From an uncultured candidate division Zixibacteria bacterium (GTDB taxonomy: Bacteria; Zixibacteria; MSB-5A5; GN15; FEB-12): DNA of 64,000 bases. Of the stretch, positions 38,391 to 49,366 are shown piece by piece. The notes below the pieces were generated by a model. It had not been told where the DNA came from. It made no database searches and saw nothing but the letters and a program-made list of their open reading frames with translations. The position numbers were made by a program, and so were the translations under genes. The stretch's first letter is position 1. Every line of letters begins with the position of its first letter. The stretch is from contig CAWDXE010000003.1 in assembly GCA_963806185.1 (NCBI GenBank), forward strand, positions 256,001-320,000, given 5' to 3'.

Positions 38391-39614
38391 CTAAAACTGT
38401 TTCATTATCCACTGTTCAAATTTCCGGAACATGCCGCGCATCGATCCGCCGCGGCTGCCCGACACCGGCTCATGCGCGAAGCCGTACAGCAAAAGGCCGT
38501 GAGCGGTCGCATAGCGAGCGTTGTTCAGTTCGTCCGGTGTGTTTTCGATGCCGTGTATCGTGCCGACGCGCACGGACATATCAAACATCTGCTCGGCCAG
38601 TTCCACGGTTCCCGGTAACAGGGCGCCACCACCGGTGAGAATCACTCCCGCCGCATACATGTCGGCCTGTAGAATCTTCTTGAGTTCGCGTCCGACCAGT
38701 GCGAGGATCTCCTCCATGCGCGGTTCGATGATCGACGCCAGTACGTTGCGTGAGATCTCCTTGGTTGAGCGTCCCGCGGCGCCCGGCACCTCGATCATTT
38801 CCGTCGGATCGACCATCGCCGCCAGCGCCGCACCATAGGTCGATTTCAGCGTCTCCGCCTGATCGAGGGTTGTGCGCAAGCCGATGGCGATGTCACTGGT
38901 GACGTTCTTCCCTCCCAGTGGTATCACCGCCGTGTGACGAATCGCCCCTTCGCGGAAGACGGAAAGGTTGGTGATGTCACCGCCCAGGTCAATCAGGATG
39001 CAGCCCGCCTCGGCCGTCGTATGATCGAAAAGCGTATGTGAGAGGGCGAGTGATTCGAGCACCATGTGGTCAATGCCGAGGTGACAGCGCTCCAGAGCGC
39101 GATAGATGTTCTTCGCCGAAGTTACTGACGCCGTCACGATGTGCGCCTCAACTTCGAGCCGGACGCCCGTCATGCCGATGGGGTCCTTGATGTTCTGCTG
39201 ATCGTCGACACTATACGTCTGCGGGATGACGTGAATGATTTCGCGGTCCACGGGAATGGCGATGGTGCTGGCGGCCTCGATCGCTTTTTTGGTGTCGGCG
39301 GCGGTGATTTCGTTATCACTTCGGCTGACGCCGATTACGCCGTGACTATTGATCGAGTAAATATGTTCGCCCGCGATACCGACAGTAATGCGATCCACTT
39401 CCGTGCCGGAGACAAGCTGGGCATCATCAATTGCCTTCTTAATGGATCGTACCGTTTTATCCATGTCGACGACGACGCCACGGCGCAAGCCGTCAGCCGG
39501 CGACTGGCCATGACCTATGATGTGCACGCCGCCGCGATCGTCCAACTCACCGATGAGACAGAAGATCTTGGTCGTACCAATGTCCAGGACCGCGACGATT
39601 TGTTCTTGTGCCAT
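38391..39614 (-). CDS. ftsA: Cell division protein FtsA
   Basis: LDIGTTKI, IDLGGDIT and ILTGGGALL. Confidence 0.97.
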   Translation of the reverse strand: MAQEQIVAVLDIGTTKIFCLIGELDDRGGVHIIGHGQSPADGLRRGVVVDMDKTVRSIKKAIDDAQLVSGTEVDRITVGIAGEHIYSINSHGVIGVSRSDNEITAADTKKAIEAASTIAIPVDREIIHVIPQTYSVDDQQNIKDPIGMTGVRLEVEAHIVTASVTSAKNIYRALERCHLGIDHMVLESLALSHTLFDHTTAEAGCILIDLGGDITNLSVFREGAIRHTAVIPLGGKNVTSDIAIGLRTTLDQAETLKSTYGAALAAMVDPTEMIEVPGAAGRSTKEISRNVLASIIEPRMEEILALVGRELKKILQADMYAAGVILTGGGALLPGTVELAEQMFDMSVRVGTIHGIENTPDELNNARYATAHGLLLYGFAHEPVSGSRGGSMRGMFRKFEQWIMKQF

Positions 39615-39616
39615 GA

Positions 39617-40375
39617 CTACCTGCGACCTCCCGCGCTATCGGCGTCCGTAGTGTCCGGCTGGCCTACCCGTACGATCATGGGAGCGAAGCGAAGATCGAC
39701 GGTGGTGGCAGCCGACATGTCCGGAGCAAAGGTCGTGAGGAAGGCAAAAAACTGGTGCATTTGCGTGGCAAAATTATCGGCCGCCGCGCGAATGGGATAC
39801 GGTACGCCGGCCACTCTCACCGTCAGATATGATTCGTTGCTAAAATCTATTTCCTCGATCATCTGATACTCATTGGGATTTTCCTCCCGCAGTTCGTGCA
39901 GTTGCGGAACCAGCAGTTGCGTACGGATATCGTCGCAGAAACTGTAGAGGCGGTACATGCGAACGCCGGTCATGAGCGGGAGATTCCAGATTTGCGAGGA
40001 ATCCTTCAATGGAATGATCCGGCCATCGCCGTCAAGGCCGTAGACGTACCCCGACGACTTGTCGAGCACCAGGCAATCGGGCGTGAAGTCGTTTGTCGAT
40101 ATGCGCAGCGAGCAGGGCAGTGCGTAACGGATATCGACTTTGACGATGCCGTGTTCATCAAGCAACTGCGAAGCAACGCGCTCGACCGGCTGATCGGCAA
40201 TCGTCCGCGCCGGACTAAGCGGGTACCGCGACGGAAAATCCGACACCGGCCTCCCGTCGAGGGTCACCGCCTTCAGCCGGCAATAGTCGGTGAACTGAAC
40301 CAGCACGACGACGCCGAGCACCACGCCCGCGACAGCCGACAGCACAATGCGAATGGTCCGACCAAACGAAGTCAT
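39617..40375 (-). CDS. ftsQ: Cell division protein FtsQ/DivIB-like
   Basis: N-terminal TM and C-terminal VDLRF; located between murC and ftsA. Confidence 0.75.
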   Translation of the reverse strand: MTSFGRTIRIVLSAVAGVVLGVVVLVQFTDYCRLKAVTLDGRPVSDFPSRYPLSPARTIADQPVERVASQLLDEHGIVKVDIRYALPCSLRISTNDFTPDCLVLDKSSGYVYGLDGDGRIIPLKDSSQIWNLPLMTGVRMYRLYSFCDDIRTQLLVPQLHELREENPNEYQMIEEIDFSNESYLTVRVAGVPYPIRAAADNFATQMHQFFAFLTTFAPDMSAATTVDLRFAPMIVRVGQPDTTDADSAGGRR

Positions 40376-41745
40376 TTTCCCTGCAGCCTCTCCAAGATTG
40401 ACTTCTTGATATGGGTGATCGACCCGGCGCCGATAGTGAAGATCATGTCACCAGGCCTGGCCAATCGAACGACTTCATCAATGGCGTTCTCTTTCACGCC
40501 GACATAACGGAACTGCGTGTACCCCGCCTTTTCGGCGTCTTCCTTGATTTTCGCCGACGAAACGCCCGGGATCGGTTGCTCGCGAGCGGGATAGATGTCC
40601 GTCAGCACTACCTCGTCGGCCAACGAAAGGGCCTCGGCAAAGTCATGGAGGAAATCCCGCGTGCGGGAGAACAGGTGCGGTTGAAACACGGCGATCACCC
40701 GGCGATGATATGTCTCTTTGGCCGTCCGCAAAGTCGCTTTGATTTCGGTCGGGTGGTGCGCATAGTCATCGATCACCGAGATACCGTTGACCTCGCCAAT
40801 GAACTCAAATCGCCGCCCGACGCCGGTGAAACTGCGAAGCGCATCGTAGATTTTCGAAAAGGGTATATCCAGTTCCGACGCTGCCGCTGTCGCGGCCAGC
40901 GCGTTGGCCACATTGTGACGGCCGGGTACTCTGAGCATAAGTTCGCCCAGCAGATCGCCCCGGCGATATACTGAGAACGTCGTCCGCCCCGGATCCATTT
41001 TGACATCCAGCGCCCGGTAATCGGATTCGGGTGCGAAGCCGAAGGTGGCGTAAGGGCGGTTGAAGCGCGGGCGAAGCTGCGCGATGTTGGGATCATCAGC
41101 GGACACGATGGCCGAGCCGTAGAACGGCACGCGGTTGATATAGGTCAAAAACGCACCGCGCAGATCATCCATATCGGCGTAGCAGTCGAGGTGATCCGGT
41201 TCAATATTGAGCACGACTGCCATGGTTGGAAACATAGCCAGGAACGACCGATCGTATTCGTCGGCCTCGGCGATGAGATAATCGCCGCCACCAAGCTGGG
41301 CGCCGGTGCCAAGTTCGGCCACGATGCCGCCGACGATCAGTGTTGGGTGCAGGTCGGCTTGACGGAAGATCTTGCCGATCATCGAAGTCGTGGTTGTCTT
41401 GCCGTGCGTGCCGGCGACGCCAATGGAGAATTTCAACCGCATCAATTCCCCGAGCATCTCCGCCCGCTTGATGACGGGAATGCCCTGTCGACGTGCCTCG
41501 ACCACTTCGGGGTTGGCCTCACCGACCGCGGACGAAATGACGACCACGTCGATATCGTGCACATTGGCCGCACGATGATCATTGTATACGTGCACACCGA
41601 CACCGGACAGATAACTGGTTACCTCGCTGGGGGTCGAATCAGAACCACTGACCTGATACCCCAGATTGTGCAGGATTTCAGCGATGCCCGACATTCCCGC
41701 GCCGCCAATTCCCACGAAAAAGAGTCGTTTGAATCGTCCAAACAT
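40372..41745 (-). CDS. murC: UDP-N-acetylmuramate-L-alanine ligase
   Basis: GIGGAGMSG, GTHGKTTTT, EADEYD and DDYAHHPTE. Confidence 0.97.
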   Translation of the reverse strand: MFGRFKRLFFVGIGGAGMSGIAEILHNLGYQVSGSDSTPSEVTSYLSGVGVHVYNDHRAANVHDIDVVVISSAVGEANPEVVEARRQGIPVIKRAEMLGELMRLKFSIGVAGTHGKTTTTSMIGKIFRQADLHPTLIVGGIVAELGTGAQLGGGDYLIAEADEYDRSFLAMFPTMAVVLNIEPDHLDCYADMDDLRGAFLTYINRVPFYGSAIVSADDPNIAQLRPRFNRPYATFGFAPESDYRALDVKMDPGRTTFSVYRRGDLLGELMLRVPGRHNVANALAATAAASELDIPFSKIYDALRSFTGVGRRFEFIGEVNGISVIDDYAHHPTEIKATLRTAKETYHRRVIAVFQPHLFSRTRDFLHDFAEALSLADEVVLTDIYPAREQPIPGVSSAKIKEDAEKAGYTQFRYVGVKENAIDEVVRLARPGDMIFTIGAGSITHIKKSILERLQGK

Positions 41746-41791
41746 GATTTTATCGCTCACAAACTTTATTAAATCCTGCCTTACCTTTGTC

Positions 41792-42937
41792 TCAAGCACT
41801 GACCGTCTCCTTTGGCCTCGTTCCATAGACCAGTTGAATGATGTCCTCGGCGATCACGTCGACCGCCGGCTTCCGATTACGAGTAGAGGCTGCCAACCGT
41901 TCGTGCATTCTGCGAGACTCGCCCGACTCACACAGCGCCACGGCTCGTGCCAGGATGTCAGTGCGGTCGAGGTCTGTTTCGATGATCATTTCGCCGAGGC
42001 CGCCCGCGACGAACTGCTCTGCGTTCTTTCGCTGATGGTCGCCGGCTGCAAATGGATACGGTACGAGCAGCGAGGGCACGGCGCACAATTCCAACTCGGC
42101 CAGCGTAAGAGCACCGGCGCGGCTGATAGCCAGGTCGGCGGCGGCGTACACAAGGTCCATGCGATGTTCGAAGGGAAAGAGGGCATGACGCTTCGTCAAC
42201 TCACCCGCCTCGGCCACCACATCCTTGTGGTCCCTCTTTCCCGTCAACCAGAGAAGCTGGTAGGCGTCCGGCATGGAGCCGGCGATTAAACTCTTCATTA
42301 CCGACTTATTAATGGCGTGTGCACCCTGGCTGCCGCCCATGACCAGAATCGTCTTCTTGTGCGGGTCGAGACCGAAGGCTTTCACCGCCACCGCACGATC
42401 GCCTAGTGTCAGGCTGCGACGCACCGGGTTGCCGGTAACCATCGTAGGTACGCCGGCCGGAAGGAAGTCGATCGCTTTGGCAAAGCCCAGGTAGATCCGC
42501 CGGGCTCTGCTCGCCAGTTTGCGCGTAGCAATCCCCGGAAATGAGTTTTGCTCCTGAAGCATCGTGGGAATGCCTTTCCCTGCAGCCGTTCGCAGCACGG
42601 GCCAGGACACGTAGCCACCGGTTCCGACGACAGCATCGGGCCGAAACTGTGCCAGTAATCGTCGCACCTGGAAAATTGCCTGCACGACCGCGAAGGGGAC
42701 GAGCAGATTCTTGAGGGTGAACGAACGGATCAACCCGCGCACGTTGATGAGGTGAAGCGGATAGCCCAGTTGTTCGCGAATCCGGTATTCGATACCACGC
42801 TCAGTGCCGACGAAGATGATTTCCACCTGGCGATCGACGAGTAATTCTCGCACGCGATCGGCAATGGCAATCGCCGGATACAGATGACCACCGGTGCCCC
42901 CGCCGGCAAAAATGAGTTTGGCCGGTGCATTCGTCAT
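41792..42937 (-). CDS. murG: Lipid II GlcNAc transferase MurG
   Basis: GGGTGGHLYP, GTGGYVS, GGSQGA and SRAGA. Start MTNAP at 42937. Confidence 0.96.
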   Translation of the reverse strand: MTNAPAKLIFAGGGTGGHLYPAIAIADRVRELLVDRQVEIIFVGTERGIEYRIREQLGYPLHLINVRGLIRSFTLKNLLVPFAVVQAIFQVRRLLAQFRPDAVVGTGGYVSWPVLRTAAGKGIPTMLQEQNSFPGIATRKLASRARRIYLGFAKAIDFLPAGVPTMVTGNPVRRSLTLGDRAVAVKAFGLDPHKKTILVMGGSQGAHAINKSVMKSLIAGSMPDAYQLLWLTGKRDHKDVVAEAGELTKRHALFPFEHRMDLVYAAADLAISRAGALTLAELELCAVPSLLVPYPFAAGDHQRKNAEQFVAGGLGEMIIETDLDRTDILARAVALCESGESRRMHERLAASTRNRKPAVDVIAEDIIQLVYGTRPKETVSA

Positions 42938-44049
42938 GGACGCACCGTCCGGCGTGACAGGTTGAGCAGCATGCCCACCGCGCAACTGGAGACCAGCAGC
43001 GATGATCCACCATAGGAAACGAACGGCAACGGCAATCCGGTCACCGGCAAAATGGCGGTGACCACGCCGATATTGATCGCAATGTTCACAAACAGCGACC
43101 AAGTGAGCCCCCCCGCCAGGAGAAAGCCAAAACGGTCCGGCTGCGCGGCGGTAATCTTGAATCCCCTGTAGAGAATGATGAAGAGGAACGTCATCAGGAT
43201 GAGCAGGCCGATGAATCCTATTTCCTCGCCGGTCGCGGCAAAAATGAAATCGGTGTGCGGATAGGGTAGGAAGAACAGTTTTTGCGTCCCTTCGCCGAGA
43301 CCGGTACCCCACAAGCCGCCCGAACCGAGCGTGAGGGCCGCCTGCTTGACCTGGTAACTTCCCAACAGCGGATCCTCAATCGCACGAATGTGATCGAGTA
43401 CACGCTCTTCTTTGTAACCGAGAACGAATACCGCCACTGCGGCCAGGATCATGAGCGGGACAAACCCGCTGAGAATATGCTTCAGCCTGGCACCGGCAAG
43501 AAAGAGCACTCCAAGTACAGTTGCAAAAATGGCAATGCTCATTCCGAGATCGGGTTCGAGAACGATAAGTACCAGACCGATCCCGACAAGGCCGGCGTAA
43601 GGCCAGAGCAGCCCCTTAATAGATCCGAGGTTTCGCCGTGGATTTGACAGGGAGAAGGCGAGGAAAATCAACACCACGTACTTGAATAATTCGGACGGCT
43701 GGATGGTCAATGGCCCGAGGAACAGCCAACGATGCGAGCCGTTGCGCGCCGGCATTATAAACACGATCGCCAACAGAATGAAGATCGCCCCGAGGACGGG
43801 CACAGACCAGAGCGCAAGCCGCTGCAGGTTGAGCTTCTGAATCAGCCAGATCGCCACCACGGAGAGCAGAGCCCAGATGATCTGCTGGCGCAGGAAATGC
43901 CACTGCGATCCGAACCGGCTGTCGGCCAGAACAGACGACGTCGAGTAAACCATCACGATTCCGGCTGCGACGGTCAGCAGATACACCAGCAGCAGACTTT
44001 CGTCGAACTGGCGCTTTCTAGGATACGGCCTGACTGTTTCGTTTACCAT
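42934..44049 (-). CDS. ftsW: SEDS protein FtsW
   Basis: IQPSE, EPDLG, FLPYPHTDFIF and LPFVSYGGSS; in the dcw cluster. Confidence 0.95.
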   Translation of the reverse strand: MVNETVRPYPRKRQFDESLLLVYLLTVAAGIVMVYSTSSVLADSRFGSQWHFLRQQIIWALLSVVAIWLIQKLNLQRLALWSVPVLGAIFILLAIVFIMPARNGSHRWLFLGPLTIQPSELFKYVVLIFLAFSLSNPRRNLGSIKGLLWPYAGLVGIGLVLIVLEPDLGMSIAIFATVLGVLFLAGARLKHILSGFVPLMILAAVAVFVLGYKEERVLDHIRAIEDPLLGSYQVKQAALTLGSGGLWGTGLGEGTQKLFFLPYPHTDFIFAATGEEIGFIGLLILMTFLFIILYRGFKITAAQPDRFGFLLAGGLTWSLFVNIAINIGVVTAILPVTGLPLPFVSYGGSSLLVSSCAVGMLLNLSRRTVRP

Positions 44050-45406
44050 TTTTCAGCGACTTTACCGCGGTCTTGAATACCCGGCCGCGGTGTTCGAAGT
44101 TGTCAAACATATCGAAGCTGGAACAGCCGGGCGACAGCAGCACTGTCTCGCCGGGCGACGCCATTTCAAAACACTTCTCCACGGCTTCTTCCATGGACAT
44201 CACGAATTGAATCGGAAACGCCTTGCCCAGGGTGTTGAATATCTTCTCGCGCGCTTCTCCGAGGGCCACCGCGCCTTTCACCTTACCCTGCGCCGCCTCA
44301 ATTATCGGCAAATAGCTCCCCCCCTTGTCGCGTCCGCCAAGAATCAAAAAGATCGGCGTCGAGAGCGACTTGAGCGCGTAGCAGACGGAATCGACATTGG
44401 TCGCCTTGCTATCATTAACGAAATTGACTCCGGCGACCTGACCGACAGGTTCCAAGCGATGTTCGACACCCGCGAAGGTGCGCAGGACGCGATTGATCAC
44501 GTCCGGCTTGACATTCATTATCATGGCCGCGATCGCCGCGGCGGAGGCATTCTGAAGATTATGCGGGCCGCGAATCCTGATCTCATCGGTGGGAATGATC
44601 TTGTGCTCCTTCCCGTCCCAGCGTACGCACAGCCAGCCGTTTTCCACAAAGGTGACGGCACCGTTCCTTGGACTGGTGGAGAAATAGAGCAGCTTCGCAT
44701 TGGTGGCCGGAGCATGGCGCATGGTCTCCGGGTCCTCGCGATTGATAACCAGGTATTGTCGCTCGGACTGATTTTCCGACACCCGGTACTTGGCTTTGCG
44801 GTAGTTTTCCAGCGAGCCGTGACGATCAAGATGATCGGGCGTGATGTTAAGTATCATCGCGATGAACGGGCTGAAGGAATCGATCGTCTCCATTTGGTAG
44901 GAAGACACCTCGACAACCGCTACGGCGTTCACCCCAATCTTATCGGCAACTTCGGCCAACGGCAGTCCGATATTGCCGCATACAAACGTATCCAGGCCGG
45001 CCGCCGCCAGTATTTCCCCAACCAGCGTTGTGGTTGTGGTCTTGCCGTTTGAACCCGTGATGGCAACGATCTTCCCCTGGCATATCCATGAGGCAAATTC
45101 AATCTCGGAGAAGATTGGAATGCCCTTTCCCCGCGCTGCCTTCACTATGGGGATGGTGAGCGGGACGCCCGGCGACACAATCAGGTAGTCGCTGGCGAGT
45201 ACGCGATCGGTGTGCCCACCGACTTCGTAAGGAATCTCCTCCAGCACCAGGCGGGCCAGCTGGTCCTTCACTTTCTCTTGAGGAGCGGAGTCCGACACAA
45301 ACGGCATGCCGCCGAATTTCTTGGCCAGAATCGCCGCCGACACGCCCGAGCGGGCCATGCCGAGGATGCCGATTCGTCGCCCTTGTATCAATTCTTCTCG
45401 TGTCAT
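44018..45406 (-). CDS. murD: UDP-MurNAc-L-Ala-D-Glu ligase
   Basis: GSNGKTTTT, EVSSYQ, DHLDRH, NDSKATN and SPGCSSFD. Confidence 0.97.
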   Translation of the reverse strand: MTREELIQGRRIGILGMARSGVSAAILAKKFGGMPFVSDSAPQEKVKDQLARLVLEEIPYEVGGHTDRVLASDYLIVSPGVPLTIPIVKAARGKGIPIFSEIEFASWICQGKIVAITGSNGKTTTTTLVGEILAAAGLDTFVCGNIGLPLAEVADKIGVNAVAVVEVSSYQMETIDSFSPFIAMILNITPDHLDRHGSLENYRKAKYRVSENQSERQYLVINREDPETMRHAPATNAKLLYFSTSPRNGAVTFVENGWLCVRWDGKEHKIIPTDEIRIRGPHNLQNASAAAIAAMIMNVKPDVINRVLRTFAGVEHRLEPVGQVAGVNFVNDSKATNVDSVCYALKSLSTPIFLILGGRDKGGSYLPIIEAAQGKVKGAVALGEAREKIFNTLGKAFPIQFVMSMEEAVEKCFEMASPGETVLLSPGCSSFDMFDNFEHRGRVFKTAVKSLKNGKRNSQAVS

Positions 45407-46491
45407 CGTATTTTCAGCGTGGCTAATGTTAACAGAGAGCACAAGGCGCCGATAATCCAGAAGCGCACCACCACTTTTGACTCCGGCCACCCCGAGAGTT
45501 CAAAGTGATGATGCAGCGGTGCCATTTTGAAGACCCGTTTCCCACCGCGATACCGATAGGACAGTACTTGAATGATGACCGAGAGGGCCGTGGCCACAAA
45601 AACACCGCCCACGATCACCAGCAACAATTCCTTTTTCATCACAATCGCCAGCGCACCCAATGCCCCACCCAACGCCAGTGACCCGGTATCCCCCATGAAC
45701 ACTTCAGCCGGATGCGAATTAAACCAGAGGAATCCGGCCGCTGAACCGATCGCCGCGCCGCAGAACACTGCCAGTTCGCCCGTGCCGGGGATATATTCGA
45801 TCTGCAGGTAGTTGCTGTAATCCAGTCGCCCGGTCACATACACGAGGGCGCCAAAAGTAACAAAGCAGATCAGACACAATCCGATCGCCAGACCATCAAG
45901 GCCGTCCGTCAGGTTCACGGCGTTCGACGACGCCGTCACCACCATGATGATAAATGGGATGTACAGAATTCCCAGATTGAGCACATAGTTCTTGAAGAAG
46001 GGGATGCCGGTCGTTCCGTCGTACTGGTTCCCCGGCGACAAATAAACCAACAGCAGAGCGAAGACGGCGCCGCCGAGTAACTGACCGACAAACTTCTTGC
46101 GGGCCACCATTCCCTTGGACTGCTTGGCGATCGCCTTCGAATAGTCGTCCAGATAACCCAACCCACCCAGCCAGACCGTAATGAGCAGCAGCAACAGGAC
46201 ATAGTAGTTGGTCAGATTAGCCCAGAGCAGAGTCGGGACTACGATGCCGAGCAGAATGATCAAGCCACCCATCGTGGGCGTGCCGGCTTTCTTTTTATGC
46301 GACGCCGGTCCGTCTTCGCGAATCTTCTCCGAAACCTGATATTTCTTCAACAGGTTGATGAAGAACGGCCCCATGATCAAACAGATGATAATCGCCGTGA
46401 TCGTCGCGCCGGCCGTGCGAAACGTGATATAGCGAAAGAGATTGAAACCGGAGAAATAGTCCGTGAGTGGATACAGGAGATGATACAACAT
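45403..46491 (-). CDS. mraY: Phospho-MurNAc-pentapeptide transferase
   Basis: GTPTMGG, NLTDGLDGLA, FMGDTGS and MAPLHHHFE. Confidence 0.97.
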   Translation of the reverse strand: MLYHLLYPLTDYFSGFNLFRYITFRTAGATITAIIICLIMGPFFINLLKKYQVSEKIREDGPASHKKKAGTPTMGGLIILLGIVVPTLLWANLTNYYVLLLLLITVWLGGLGYLDDYSKAIAKQSKGMVARKKFVGQLLGGAVFALLLVYLSPGNQYDGTTGIPFFKNYVLNLGILYIPFIIMVVTASSNAVNLTDGLDGLAIGLCLICFVTFGALVYVTGRLDYSNYLQIEYIPGTGELAVFCGAAIGSAAGFLWFNSHPAEVFMGDTGSLALGGALGALAIVMKKELLLVIVGGVFVATALSVIIQVLSYRYRGGKRVFKMAPLHHHFELSGWPESKVVVRFWIIGALCSLLTLATLKIR

Positions 46492-47885
46492 CAGATCGTT
46501 CCCTCCGGCTTTTCCCATGGTTTGAGGATCAGTTCGAGACCGACACCCCTCGAACCCTTGATGTAGACCAGATCGCCGGCTCGGAAATAGCCGGCGGTCT
46601 CGCGGGCACAGGCACGAGCATCGGCAAAGTGAACGAGTCGTGAGGCTGGCACTCCGAGTGCAAGCGCCTCGTCGAACGCCTGTTTCATCGACGGTCCGAC
46701 AAGAAATGCGACGTCAAACGACATTTTGGCCAGTTGCCGACCTATCTCGCGGTGGGCTTCCTCACCGGCATCACCAAGCTCGAGCATGTCACCAAGAACC
46801 AGGACGCGCCGTGTGCCACCGGCATGGGTTGCCAGTGAATTGAGGCCGGAGCGCATCGAATCGGGATTGGCATTGTAACAGTCGGCGATGAAAGTCACGT
46901 CATGGCTGTGCATGACCTGTCCGCGCATGTTGGCTGACGAAAGCTCTATCGACCGCGTGTCAATGCCTGCAAACGTGTAGCCGAGTGTCTTGAACGCAGC
47001 GTAGGCCGCCAGCAAGTTATAGACATGGTGACGACCGAAGAGCGGCAGACGGAAGGTATTCCCTTCGATGCGCACCAAGGTAACGCCGTCATCACCCACG
47101 GTCATCGACTCAGGCATGACGTCCGCTCTGTTGTTCACACCAAACGTAACGAAGCTCTTTCCCTGGCGCTTGATCTCTTCCATCAGCACCGCGTCATCTC
47201 CGTTCACTACCGCTTTCGTGCCGGGCTCCGCAAACGAAACGAGCGAGATCTTTTCGCGGGCGACACCTTCGATAGTCTTCAGAAATTCCAGATGGGAGGC
47301 ACCGACGTTCGTAATGACGACCAAATGCGGCCTGGCGATTGGGGCAAGCCTGGCCATCTCGCCGGGCAGCGAGATCCCCAGTTCGAGCACTGCGACTTTG
47401 GTGTCATGGGGCATGGCCATCAGCGCCAGCGGCAGCCCGAAAAGATTATTCAGGTTGCCGCTCGACCGATACACATGCGGCTGGACGACCTGAATCAATT
47501 CGTAGAGAAATTCCTTGGTCGTCGTCTTGCCGTTGGAACCGGTAATACCGACACGTTTTGCGGCGACCATGTCACGATAGGCGACGGCCAGTTTGATCAT
47601 CGCTTCATGGGAATTGACCACGGCGACAACAGGAATATCTCCGCCCATCGTCAGCAGTTCCGGATGGGCAAACTCGACCACGACCCCGGAAGCCCCGGCC
47701 GCGAGCGCCTGCGAAATAAAACTGTGTCCGTCGACCTTCTCACCTCGCAGGGCAACAAAGAGCTGCCCCGGTTTCAGAGTACGAGTGTCAATCGATACTC
47801 CGGCGAAGGTCCGCGCAGCCGCAGCGGCATTATGCAATTGCCCGCCGGAAATGGCCGCTAATTGATCAAAGCGCAAGCTAATCAA
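46491..47885 (-). CDS. murF: UDP-MurNAc-tripeptide-D-Ala-D-Ala ligase
   Basis: GSNGKTTTKE, DCYNANP, LGDMLELG and KGSRG. Confidence 0.96.
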   Translation of the reverse strand: MISLRFDQLAAISGGQLHNAAAAARTFAGVSIDTRTLKPGQLFVALRGEKVDGHSFISQALAAGASGVVVEFAHPELLTMGGDIPVVAVVNSHEAMIKLAVAYRDMVAAKRVGITGSNGKTTTKEFLYELIQVVQPHVYRSSGNLNNLFGLPLALMAMPHDTKVAVLELGISLPGEMARLAPIARPHLVVITNVGASHLEFLKTIEGVAREKISLVSFAEPGTKAVVNGDDAVLMEEIKRQGKSFVTFGVNNRADVMPESMTVGDDGVTLVRIEGNTFRLPLFGRHHVYNLLAAYAAFKTLGYTFAGIDTRSIELSSANMRGQVMHSHDVTFIADCYNANPDSMRSGLNSLATHAGGTRRVLVLGDMLELGDAGEEAHREIGRQLAKMSFDVAFLVGPSMKQAFDEALALGVPASRLVHFADARACARETAGYFRAGDLVYIKGSRGVGLELILKPWEKPEGTI

Positions 47886-49366
47886 TGCTCCTCGGTAACT
47901 GCCGTGGCATGATATCCCATCTGGGCCAGTACTTCTCTGGCAACGTCTATTTCCACAAAGGGGTGTTTATGCCCGTTAATTTCCTGATATGGTTCCGAGC
48001 CCTTGCCGGCCAACAGCACCACATCATCGGCCTTGGCAAGGCTGAGAATCTTCACAATGGCCGCGCGTCGGTCGGGCTCTATCTCGAACCGGTCGCCCTT
48101 CAGACCCGGCTTGATATCCGCGATGATCGCCAGCGGATCCTCGGTACGCGGATTATCCGAGGTGACCACCACGTAATCGGCGTGGGTCGTCGCCGCTTCG
48201 CCCATGAGCGGTCGCTTTCCTTTATCGCGATCGCCGCCACACCCGAACAGCATTAACACCCGCCCGTGATTGATCTCGCGAGCCGCATCGATCAATCGAG
48301 CAATGGCATCCGGCGTGTGAGCGTAGTCGACGTAGACGGCGAACGGCTGTCCCATAGCGATGTAGTTGAGTCGTCCAGGCACCGGGGCAGTTGTCTCCAG
48401 CCCGCGCACCACACTATCGAGATCGACACCGCACGCCAGTCCACCGGCCGCGGCGCCAATGGCGTTGATCAGATTGAATCGGCCGAGAAGTTGCAGTCTG
48501 ACGGTCTGCCTTCCCATCGGCGTCACGAGATCGAAAAACGTGCCGTCATGGCGCAACTCGTATGCCTCGGCGTAGACGTCCGCTTTCGGATTCTCAAGCG
48601 AAAACGTCATGAACGGCGAATCGGTATCGGCGATAAGCTGCCGGAACTCCGATTGATCGAGATTGAACACGACATAGCTGAGCGGACCGTCTATCCGTTT
48701 CGCCAGCAACCGCTTGGCATTGAAGTACTCGTCCATCGTCCCGTGAAAATCGAGATGGTCACGCGTCAGATTGGTGTAAACGGCCACGCGAAAATTGATA
48801 TGATCCACGCGATGCAGCATCAGCGCATGCGACGACACCTCGATCACGGCGTTGACGCAGAAGTTCTTCTTCATCAGGAAGAGCAGGCGCTGCATATCGA
48901 GCGATTCGGGTGTCGTCCGATCGGCGTCGAACTTGTCCTTGCCCGTGTCGTACACAACGGACGTCACCAGGCCGGTGGTCTTGCCTCGTTCTTCGAGCAT
49001 TCGCTTGATCAGAAAACAGGTCGTGGTCTTGCCGTTGGTTCCCGTCACGCCGCACGCCTTGATTCGTTCGCCGGGGAACCCGTAGAACTTGGCGGACACG
49101 AATGCCATCGCTTCCCGCATATCCGGCACCTGAACATGGGCACTTGCACCCGGGAATTCCGACCGTTCGCCCATCACCGCCACGGCGCCCTTATCGATCG
49201 CCTGCTGGGCATAGCCATACCCATCGACTTTGTATCCTTTGACGGCAAAGAAGAGCGCGGCTTCGCGAATAGCCCGCGAGTCGTACTCAATCTGGCCGAT
49301 CTCGACCTCGCCGCTGCCGCTCAGCACTGCACCCTTGAGACCATCGATCAGCTCAACCAGCTTCAT
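47882..49366 (-). CDS. murE: UDP-MurNAc-dipeptide-meso-DAP ligase
   Basis: GTNGKTT, EVSSHAL, DYAHTPD and DNPR (mDAP specificity motif). Confidence 0.97.
   Translation of the reverse strand: MKLVELIDGLKGAVLSGSGEVEIGQIEYDSRAIREAALFFAVKGYKVDGYGYAQQAIDKGAVAVMGERSEFPGASAHVQVPDMREAMAFVSAKFYGFPGERIKACGVTGTNGKTTTCFLIKRMLEERGKTTGLVTSVVYDTGKDKFDADRTTPESLDMQRLLFLMKKNFCVNAVIEVSSHALMLHRVDHINFRVAVYTNLTRDHLDFHGTMDEYFNAKRLLAKRIDGPLSYVVFNLDQSEFRQLIADTDSPFMTFSLENPKADVYAEAYELRHDGTFFDLVTPMGRQTVRLQLLGRFNLINAIGAAAGGLACGVDLDSVVRGLETTAPVPGRLNYIAMGQPFAVYVDYAHTPDAIARLIDAAREINHGRVLMLFGCGGDRDKGKRPLMGEAATTHADYVVVTSDNPRTEDPLAIIADIKPGLKGDRFEIEPDRRAAIVKILSLAKADDVVLLAGKGSEPYQEINGHKHPFVEIDVAREVLAQMGYHATAVTEEH

Noticed and set aside
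39617..41745. Absence of murB/ddl between murC and ftsQ, and of mreB before mreC
   Set aside because: These genes are commonly relocated; absence from one window is uninformative.
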